This document shows positions 56,894 to 64,000 of a DNA stretch of 64,000 nt, in pieces (the stretch's first letter is position 1; each line of letters opens with the position of its first letter). Made by a program: the position numbers and the translations under genes. The stretch is from a virus (lineage: Duplodnaviria > Caudoviricetes): positions 13,394 through 77,393 of IMG/VR virus record IMGVR_UViG_3300015607_002466; one strand, 5' to 3'. Below the pieces are notes generated by a model that worked only from the letters and a program-made list of their open reading frames with translations, was not told the DNA's origin and searched no databases.

Positions 56894-57870
56894 TATTCGT
56901 TTTCAGTAGTTAGGGGGTTTTTAGACTTCTTGACTTGACCAGCCAAAGAGTACTTAAAGAATTTGCTTTGTTCCGCATTTAGGTCTGCGACGTCAACACC
57001 TAGACCCTTTTGAAGTTCGTCTTTGATACGAGAATTTTCTGTCATTAGTTTAGACAAATCATATTCAATACCAGAACGGGAGCAACGCATAATGGTCATG
57101 AAGTCTGATCTGGAGTCCGGGACAAATTGAGGAAGGATTTCTTCAGCAAAGTACTTTTTGAACCAATCGTAATCACTGATGTTTGCCATCTGAAAATCAT
57201 CAGTCAAATTGGTTAGATACATTCCTAGGCGAGTTCCATAAATTGCCCAAAGACCGTTATCCGCATCTGCGCCAACAGAAGCCCAAATGAGCAAACGACG
57301 AAGGTTTTCACGGTAGATATGGTTCTTCATTTTAGCAGGATCGATTTTGTTACCACGATCCAAAGTCATCTTTACACCTTCGCGGAAACCTGCACGGAAA
57401 GCTTGGAATGGAGAACCATTTGGGAAAGTATCAGAATAAGTGTTGCGTAGCTGAACGTACTTATCTTTCCAACAGAAATCCAACTTCTCATCCTCAGACT
57501 CAGCATTTTCATGGGTCTTCATATTGAGAACAAAGTCTTTAGTCCAGAGTTTTAGGCCACCGTTACCATAAGTCAAACCGTTGATAGCATTAACAGAATT
57601 CCAGCTTAGGACACAGTCTTCGTATTTTTCAGGGATATCGATCTCGCATTCAAAAAATTCTGGATAAACGACATTATCTCCGTCGACGGTAATAAATCTA
57701 TCGGTTTCTGACGCATTTGCTGCAGCTTTGTGCGCACTGTCGAAACCTTTTACACCGTCGATTCGTTTTGCCCAAGGGGCAATGTCTAGTAGTTTTGCCC
57801 AAAACTCTTCCTTTTGTGGCTCATCATAAGAAATGTAGAAAATGTCAAATTCAGAAATTTGCTGAGTCAT
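56893..57870 (-). CDS. GT-A-like glycosyltransferase
   Basis: DIFYISYDE, AHKAAA and TVDGDN (DxD). Confidence 0.6.
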   Translation of the reverse strand: MTQQISEFDIFYISYDEPQKEEFWAKLLDIAPWAKRIDGVKGFDSAHKAAANASETDRFITVDGDNVVYPEFFECEIDIPEKYEDCVLSWNSVNAINGLTYGNGGLKLWTKDFVLNMKTHENAESEDEKLDFCWKDKYVQLRNTYSDTFPNGSPFQAFRAGFREGVKMTLDRGNKIDPAKMKNHIYRENLRRLLIWASVGADADNGLWAIYGTRLGMYLTNLTDDFQMANISDYDWFKKYFAEEILPQFVPDSRSDFMTIMRCSRSGIEYDLSKLMTENSRIKDELQKGLGVDVADLNAEQSKFFKYSLAGQVKKSKNPLTTENE

Positions 57871-57874
57871 TGTT

Positions 57875-58915
57875 TCACCTGAAAATGGAAATGAAATTTT
57901 TTGAAATTTTAAGTGGGAAAATGTCTAATTCGTCTGGATCAATCGACGGATTAGAAAATTTTAGGGTTGTGTTGTCTTTAAGGGTGATCGTTCTGTAGAC
58001 GATTGAACTATCGTATTTATTCTTCAAAACCAGCACCGCTTCGGGCAATGTTTCCCCAAAACTCAAATTGTTTGAAATGACAATTTTATCACCGCTCAAG
58101 TTTACTTTCACTTCACCTTTAATGTTGTTCAAAACATTGATGTCTGTACTTCTCAAATGAAAACGGCTGGTAAAGAACGACATTTCAGTCAGCTTACAAT
58201 TGCTGAAGTTTAATTTGAAAGTTTGATCTCGTTTAAACTGGATTAGTTTGATGAGGAATGAAGGATCATTTTTGTTGGTGATTGCCAAAAAGAAATCATT
58301 GAATGCTTCAGGAGAAACGTTAGCGCATCTAGCAACAATTGAATTTTCAGCGTAATCGAAATCTATTTCGCAAATACGATTCTTTGACTTTTCTACATGA
58401 CGAGATAGGGAAGTATCAATCTCCGCGAATGACAAAAAGTCAATTCGATTCTTGAAAAGATTAGATCCGTCATCTTCTCCTTTTGGGGAATAAGCTAAAG
58501 CGACAACTCCATTATTTGTTACAACTTTCCAATCTTCGAAAGTGGTGTCATGTGCTAAAAGAGAATATGCTACTCGAGTATCGACGACTACAAAATTTTG
58601 TTTGTTTTCATCGAGTTCTTTCTTTTCTGGTTTTTTAACAACTACTTTTTGCAGTTCAAGCGTATCAACCGAAAAAACAACAAAGAATTCAGATTGTTTA
58701 GGGAATAGTGATTTGTCGATAACGTAAGGAGGCGTCGCATATTGATTGACGATCAATTGATCATCAGTCAGGGAACCATCTAGCAGACGTTTCGAAATCG
58801 CTTCTTCAAGCTTGATAGCGATCACAAACGGATCGCTAGTTTCATCGTCTCGATCTACCTTTAGTGTCTTATCATTTTGAGTATCGTAGTGAAGATAGAA
58901 TTGAGGAAAAGACAT
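57875..58915 (-). CDS. Hypothetical protein
   Basis: 346-aa ORF inside the GT operon. Confidence 0.6.
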   Translation of the reverse strand: MSFPQFYLHYDTQNDKTLKVDRDDETSDPFVIAIKLEEAISKRLLDGSLTDDQLIVNQYATPPYVIDKSLFPKQSEFFVVFSVDTLELQKVVVKKPEKKELDENKQNFVVVDTRVAYSLLAHDTTFEDWKVVTNNGVVALAYSPKGEDDGSNLFKNRIDFLSFAEIDTSLSRHVEKSKNRICEIDFDYAENSIVARCANVSPEAFNDFFLAITNKNDPSFLIKLIQFKRDQTFKLNFSNCKLTEMSFFTSRFHLRSTDINVLNNIKGEVKVNLSGDKIVISNNLSFGETLPEAVLVLKNKYDSSIVYRTITLKDNTTLKFSNPSIDPDELDIFPLKISKNFISIFR

Positions 58916-58916
58916 A

Positions 58917-59795
58917 TCAAATTCCTAGCTTTCTTTCCATTTGGCTAATCATTTCATCAGTAAGAAAATCTTTGACGAAGTAATGGAATGGCAGAGTTTG
59001 TAGATAGTTACCAATCTTCAATTGGCAGTCATTGTTGTGATAAACCTGAATCATATTAGACCAGTCTTCAGTCATCATAGTATCTTCTGGCCAATTCTGT
59101 AGACGGCTCTTCATGTGTACAAAGGTTGGAAAATCTTCGGCCAAAGTTCTATTTTTGTTCAGCTCTTCGATGTCGAGAATCTTAGCAGCAAGGGCAAACA
59201 CTACGTCGGTACTCACAACTCTTGGACGCTGTTCGGGTTTAAAGAACTCGTAGAAGAAACGTTCCCAGTTGTTGAAAATGATTTCAGATAGCTTAAAGAA
59301 CTCGTATGATTCGTCAGATTTATCAAAATAGAAATACGCTGAATAGACGTTTGGTAGATCGTTTTCTGTATAAACCTTGCGATAATAATCGCTCGTAACA
59401 GTCTCACCACGATAGGTCTTCGCATTGGTAGCAAAAACCAACTTTGAGCCTTTCATGTAATCAAACCAGTGGGATTTGTCTGAAAGGAAAAGCATGTCAG
59501 CATCAAGTTTGACCGTATGATCAAATGGTGACATGTAAATCGATTTCCATTCGTTCTCAAGCTTCCAAGAAGATTTTGCTGCGTGATCTTTCCAGGGAAT
59601 GTCGATGATGTTCTCGATCCCAATTACCTCTTTAAGCTTTGGGTTAATTGCGGATTTTTCTTCAGGAGTCACACCGATTGCAAGTTGATTGCGACCTTTA
59701 GGTTGAGTTAGCAACAGTGATAGGGCTAATCCGTATGCAAACCGTTGATATTGCCTACCCTGAGCAATGGTAAAATACCCGTAAGTTTCGCTCAT
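58917..59795 (-). CDS. GT8-like glycosyltransferase
   Basis: SPFDHTVKLDADMLF (DxD). Start reassigned to ATG 59795 (ATGA overlap). Confidence 0.65.
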   Translation of the reverse strand: MSETYGYFTIAQGRQYQRFAYGLALSLLLTQPKGRNQLAIGVTPEEKSAINPKLKEVIGIENIIDIPWKDHAAKSSWKLENEWKSIYMSPFDHTVKLDADMLFLSDKSHWFDYMKGSKLVFATNAKTYRGETVTSDYYRKVYTENDLPNVYSAYFYFDKSDESYEFFKLSEIIFNNWERFFYEFFKPEQRPRVVSTDVVFALAAKILDIEELNKNRTLAEDFPTFVHMKSRLQNWPEDTMMTEDWSNMIQVYHNNDCQLKIGNYLQTLPFHYFVKDFLTDEMISQMERKLGI

Positions 59796-60691
59796 TTTAC
59801 TACCTTCATAATCTTTTCGTAATTGTTCAACAATGAAATTTTGTTCAAGCAATGAACATTAACTCCTTTGACCTTGGAAATATAGAACTTATAGTTTTCC
59901 ACTGGATCATTCGCATAGAAGCTGATAGACTCTTTATCGTCGAATGAAATAAATTGGTCAGTGTCGATAGCGGTGAGTATTGCTGGATCAGGAAACGACT
60001 TCACAAAGTCTTCATCATCAATAAACCCGTTCAACATATGCAAAGCAATAGAGAACGCAAAGTCATTTCTGTACAAGGTGCTAGAAAAGTCGTAAACGTG
60101 CTTGTAATAATTCCAAGTTTCTTTGACGTGTTCAATCAAATCGAAGATTAGCTTAGCTTTTTCAGATTTCTTAAAGTAAACGATGGTTGCCCAATACATG
60201 CGAATACCAAATGGATTGAGTCTAAACTCTGGTCCTTGGAGCTCTTTGTGGAACAACGTCTTAGCGCTCTTATTGATTAGGAAATCTTCATTGCAACCCC
60301 ATACCGTGTTCAGACTATCATTCAAAACAAAATAGTCCACGTCAATAAGTAGTGTCTCATCATAAGGCGTCAAATTGTAAGCACTTGATCGAGCCTTATT
60401 TTGAAACTTTGCTCGAACCTCATGGTAACGAGTATCTCGATAAACGCGAATATTGGTTTGCTGAGATTCGTCGTAATCAGTGATGATGATCTTATCAAAC
60501 AGAGCTTTAATTTCATTTTGCTCTGATTCTTTAAATCCATCTATAGAATATTGGGTCGTGATTAGCGAAACTTTGGTATTCTTGCCCATGTGGTTCTTCA
60601 CACAATTTGCGGCAATTATCGCTAATTTGACGTAATTTATTCGTTCGTTGTTCTCAGCGAACAACAAAACTCCACGTGAAGATTTTTCCAT
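59792..60691 (-). CDS. GT8-like glycosyltransferase (paralogue of the downstream gene)
   Basis: TPYDETLLIDVDYF (DxD) and YRNDFAFSIA. Confidence 0.65.
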   Translation of the reverse strand: MEKSSRGVLLFAENNERINYVKLAIIAANCVKNHMGKNTKVSLITTQYSIDGFKESEQNEIKALFDKIIITDYDESQQTNIRVYRDTRYHEVRAKFQNKARSSAYNLTPYDETLLIDVDYFVLNDSLNTVWGCNEDFLINKSAKTLFHKELQGPEFRLNPFGIRMYWATIVYFKKSEKAKLIFDLIEHVKETWNYYKHVYDFSSTLYRNDFAFSIALHMLNGFIDDEDFVKSFPDPAILTAIDTDQFISFDDKESISFYANDPVENYKFYISKVKGVNVHCLNKISLLNNYEKIMKVVK

Positions 60692-60692
60692 G

Positions 60693-61094
60693 TTACCAAG
60701 TCACCACTTTAGATGTCGTTCTTAGCTTCTTAAACTTCTCATACTCAATGAGATAGTCGTTCATCCCTTCTTGGTAGATGTCAAGAATATTCTCGTAGAA
60801 ATCTTCTAGGTCGTCAATCTTAACAGGATTTTCATTGGAGTCAAGAATGACAGCTGACTTCTTAGACTGTGATATGGCAAAAATAAACGAGATAAAATCT
60901 TGGGTGATTTTGAAGATACCACCATTCTGAGAATACACAAGGTGATTCTTTAGCTTTAGTTTTGAGTTTTCGCGTTGGATATTCAGGGTCAAACGGTAAT
61001 TTGAGGATTCAAGAGCCCTTGCTAGGCGCTCATCAACAGCAGCCTCAACTACTTCGGTTTCGACAATGGTTGGGTTGGCGGATTGTTCTGCCAT
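60693..61094 (-). CDS. Hypothetical protein leading the GT operon
   Basis: 133 aa, SD GGAG, sigma70-type promoter upstream. Confidence 0.6.
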   Translation of the reverse strand: MAEQSANPTIVETEVVEAAVDERLARALESSNYRLTLNIQRENSKLKLKNHLVYSQNGGIFKITQDFISFIFAISQSKKSAVILDSNENPVKIDDLEDFYENILDIYQEGMNDYLIEYEKFKKLRTTSKVVTW

Positions 61095-61176
61095 GTTATT
61101 CTCCGTTTTTGTTATGGTTATAGAGCTACTTATAGTTCCAGAAAACTATAATGGCAACGTCATTTCTAACATTGCC

Positions 61177-61205
61177 ATTATATCATGCTTTGGAACTTTT
61201 GTAAA
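61177..61205 (-). promoter_or_regulatory. sigma70-type promoter TTTACA-N17-TATAAT
   Basis: Upstream of 61094, at the head of the GT operon. Confidence 0.8.
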
Positions 61206-61206
61206 C

Positions 61207-62673
61207 TTACACGGAGCTGTCAGTTATGAATGTTCCAGTTTGTGAAGCTGTTGGGTACGGAATTTCAACGTCGCTTAAGTTGAGTTCATTAGCCTTAAAC
61301 GTAGTGATTGAAGATGATGTAGTACCAATCGCTGCAGAGTTCGAAGAACTGTATGAACCTTGATGATAAACGTTGTTTATGCCTTCTGGTGCAAAAATGA
61401 TCTGGAATCTGACTGTTACAGCTGTTGAGTTTGGATCAGCTTCAAGTCTTGCTTTGATTGCAATGTATGATCCAGTTGATCCAGATAGGGAAGAAGTAAA
61501 GGTTACAAGGGTCTTGTAAACTCCGCCCAAGGTCAAATCGTAAAAGCCTGTGTTTACGACATTTGATCCATAAGATGTTCCCTTGACGTCGAAAGTTACT
61601 GGACCAATAGAAGAAACGAAGTTCTTCCAAGAATTGGTGAACACTGTTGATTGACTTGCGGTAAAACCTAAGTTTGCAACAAACTTTCCACCAGAATTGA
61701 AGAAACCTCGCGCGTGGCTGATATTCTGGAAAGTGAAGGCGATTTCATGTGTCTTTGCGTTGAAGTAAGACGCGTTTCTAGTGAACGAACTATTTTGAAG
61801 AACAGAGTTCTCAAGAGATAGAGGGTTAACATTGAAACGATTTAGTTCAATTTGATCAATGACTGGGAAAATAGCTTCGTAGTTCTTCAATGCCTTTGCA
61901 ATACCGAATGACGTATCCTTGTTGAGGATAAATCCGTCAGTGGTAAAACCTGTCAATGGGGTACCTTGATGCAAGGCGACTCTTTGGAATTTTGTAAGAA
62001 GATCTACCCAAAGTGAGTTAGTCATTGACGCGACGGTAGCATGAGCTACTGGGTTTTGGTTGTATCCGTACCATGAACCGTAGCTTGTTCCAGCGATTAC
62101 AGAATTTAATGGCGTTGAGGTATGAACAATGGTTCCGTCGTAGGCAACAGAGTTAGCCTCAACATTAGAAGTAGATTCAGTATGTTGAGATGGTGTTGCT
62201 GCGATCTTGTTGTAACGATCAACAAGTACGTTGTATTCATCAACGAATGCTACAGGAATTACAGAAAGTGAAGGCCAAATTTGACCCCACTGAGTTCCAT
62301 CGTAAACAAAAAGCTTGTTGTTTACGGTATCCCACCACATATCTCCTTCATAAATTGAAGTAGGAGCAGTTGCAGACTTGATAACTCCAGCGATTCTCTT
62401 CCATACTCCGTCAACATCATAAACGTAAAGGGAATTGTCGGTCGTATTAAACCAACATTGTCCAGAAGTAGGGTGAGCAGGTGGAGTTGGGCTAGAGAAG
62501 TTCTCTAGCAATCTGATAAAATTCTCTTGTTGAATTTCACCATAGTTTGGCGTACCTTTACCTGTTAGGGTAAGTGAGGTGCTAGTTCTGTCAACTGTTA
62601 GTGGTGGTAAAGAAATTGATGGTTTGCCATTAGGCGGAGTGCCTGTATTGGACCAATCGATAATATAAGTCAT
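61207..62673 (-). CDS. Virion structural/fibre-like protein
   Basis: GKG.PNYGE..QENFIRLLENF and two P...G..W.[ND]T....L.VY repeats; TATAAATA upstream. Confidence 0.65.
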   Translation of the reverse strand: MTYIIDWSNTGTPPNGKPSISLPPLTVDRTSTSLTLTGKGTPNYGEIQQENFIRLLENFSSPTPPAHPTSGQCWFNTTDNSLYVYDVDGVWKRIAGVIKSATAPTSIYEGDMWWDTVNNKLFVYDGTQWGQIWPSLSVIPVAFVDEYNVLVDRYNKIAATPSQHTESTSNVEANSVAYDGTIVHTSTPLNSVIAGTSYGSWYGYNQNPVAHATVASMTNSLWVDLLTKFQRVALHQGTPLTGFTTDGFILNKDTSFGIAKALKNYEAIFPVIDQIELNRFNVNPLSLENSVLQNSSFTRNASYFNAKTHEIAFTFQNISHARGFFNSGGKFVANLGFTASQSTVFTNSWKNFVSSIGPVTFDVKGTSYGSNVVNTGFYDLTLGGVYKTLVTFTSSLSGSTGSYIAIKARLEADPNSTAVTVRFQIIFAPEGINNVYHQGSYSSSNSAAIGTTSSSITTFKANELNLSDVEIPYPTASQTGTFITDSSV

Positions 62674-62754
62674 TTAGAGTCTCCATGTGCCGGTTCACAA
62701 AGTATTAAGCCATTGTCCCCGGTGTTGTTGACAATGGCTTATGGGTTACTCTCG

Positions 62755-62762
62755 TATTTATA
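62755..62762 (-). promoter_or_regulatory. T4-late-type promoter TATAAATA
   Basis: Upstream of the structural gene at 62673. Confidence 0.7.
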
Positions 62763-62785
62763 AAAATTAATGAGTTGTAGCGAAT

Positions 62786-63580
62786 CTACTCTGACCGACA
62801 AGTGTTTTTGCCGTTAATTTTTACTTCGAAGTTTTCTTTTCTTGGTTCTGGAGAATCCAAGTAGGTTAGAATCTTCGTGATCAATACGTTACGAACGATG
62901 TCCTTGGAAGAGAACTCTACGACGGCAATTTCTGGAACATTACCACGTAGCTTGTTCGTTGCCCACTGCAATCCATGACCACCCGGTTTTAAAACTGGTA
63001 GGTCACATTGAGAATTATCTCCGTTGATACAGAACATTGCATTGTAGCCAAGACGAGTTAGGAACATTCTCATTTGTTCTTGAGTCGTGTTCTGCGCTTC
63101 GTCTAGAATTACGTACGCGTTGTTGAATGTTCTGCCGCGCATAAATGTTAGTGGGGCAATTTCGATTTTACCAGCTTCCATTAGCTTCTTAGCCATGATA
63201 GGGCCAACGTGATCTTCGATCGCGTCAAGCAATGGGAGTAGGTAAGGATGAAGTTTTTCGTTCAAATCGCCTGGTAGGAAACCAAGGTTCTCGCCCGCCT
63301 CAACGACAGGACGGGTCAAAACAATTCGATCGATCTCATTATTCATGAGTTTTTCAAGCGCAACATAGGTAACCAAATAAGTCTTACCACTACCAGCAGG
63401 ACCATTACACAGGGTGATTGTATTATTGCGTAGGGACTCAACGTACATCTCTTGTGAATAGTTCTTTGGTCGCATTTTAGACTTAAGCGTGAAGCTCTGG
63501 CGTGCTTCCTGTGGAACATCCTGAGGATATTTCTGTTTGGACTTAAGTGGTGGGGTTGCTGCTTGTGCGCGCTTTGCCAT
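62786..63580 (-). CDS. phoH: PhoH-family ATPase
   Basis: GPAGSGKT, LTRPVVE, FMRGRTF and LDEAQN motifs. Confidence 0.93.
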   Translation of the reverse strand: MAKRAQAATPPLKSKQKYPQDVPQEARQSFTLKSKMRPKNYSQEMYVESLRNNTITLCNGPAGSGKTYLVTYVALEKLMNNEIDRIVLTRPVVEAGENLGFLPGDLNEKLHPYLLPLLDAIEDHVGPIMAKKLMEAGKIEIAPLTFMRGRTFNNAYVILDEAQNTTQEQMRMFLTRLGYNAMFCINGDNSQCDLPVLKPGGHGLQWATNKLRGNVPEIAVVEFSSKDIVRNVLITKILTYLDSPEPRKENFEVKINGKNTCRSE

Positions 63581-63598
63581 TATGAATGAACTCCTAAG

Positions 63599-63940
63599 TT
63601 AGTCATCCTTTACGGTGACTTGTTTGATGAATGAAGCGTAATCAACATCAAGTGGAGCAATAGTTTCAGAGTCAACCAATTCTTTGAGTTTCTTAGCAAG
63701 GGCTACTCGCTTTTTATCGGATAGCTCTTTGATTTCTTGGTAGATTTCTCCACTTCTAAAATCTAGGTCGCCAACATTACGATAGCTAGTGTAGTACCCG
63801 ATTAGTCGCTCAAGAGTTAGGTCATGGATGGTATTCTTGTTCTTGCCCTCAATAATCTCCGCAAGAATTAACGACAAATAGGATTTGAATCCCAAAAGTC
63901 CGTCTTTGTTTACCAAACTTCTAAAGTCAATCAAAAACAT
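63599..63940 (-). CDS. Hypothetical protein
   Basis: 113 aa, SD AAGGAG, TATAAATA at 63969-63976. Confidence 0.6.
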   Translation of the reverse strand: MFLIDFRSLVNKDGLLGFKSYLSLILAEIIEGKNKNTIHDLTLERLIGYYTSYRNVGDLDFRSGEIYQEIKELSDKKRVALAKKLKELVDSETIAPLDVDYASFIKQVTVKDD

Positions 63941-64000
63941 GTCTTTTTCTCCTTATGTCAAGACCTAATATTTATAACCATAAATATCCCCAGCAGTAGT

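Noticed and set aside
62786-63580. PhoH as a novelty
   Set aside because: PhoH is widespread in large phages and nothing unusual is visible here.
1-64000. Stop-codon reassignment
   Set aside because: Genes are long and densely tiled in the standard code. The only interruptions seen are one in-frame TAA and one frameshift.
1-64000. tRNA, rRNA, integrase, transposase
   Set aside because: No recognisable cloverleaf or motif was seen by eye and intergenic gaps are short; tRNAscan/Infernal would be needed to be certain.

Overview
The window is a 64-kb segment of a large lytic dsDNA tailed phage with T4-like (jumbo-myovirus style) gene content. The host is probably Gram-negative, judged from a spanin pair and sigma70-type promoters. 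It has four blocks. (1) 1-22.0 kb, + strand: virion structural genes (giant baseplate/tail proteins, fibre proteins, nine copies of a ~70-aa W-x-[IV]-x-H-[NG]-L domain), then i-/o-spanins and an M23+SLT peptidoglycan hydrolase. (2) 22.0-30.6 kb, - strand: UDG-like, AP2-domain, degenerate 2OG-Fe(II) oxygenase, RimK-protease fusion, PD-(D/E)XK nuclease, and two probable head-packaged proteins, one with ligase motifs. (3) 30.7-46.1 kb: replication and nucleic-acid metabolism (helicase, primase, RNase H, clamp, family B polymerase, DEDDh exonuclease) mixed with small accessory genes including a RelA/SpoT-type HD hydrolase. (4) 46.1-61.1 kb: about 18 modification genes (carbamoyltransferase, two radical SAMs, aminotransferase, nucleotidyltransferase, HAD, GDPD-like, SGNH-like, several GT-like) with an AT-rich inner cassette, followed by a structural gene and PhoH. 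By hand I also found two small ORFs missing from the track, a gene frameshifted at TTT-TTT-TGA-C, and two promoter classes (TTTACA-N17/18-TATAAT and (TA)TAAATA) coupled to hairpins. I saw no tRNA, rRNA, CRISPR array, integrase or intein. All functional calls come from motif recognition by eye; no database search was run.
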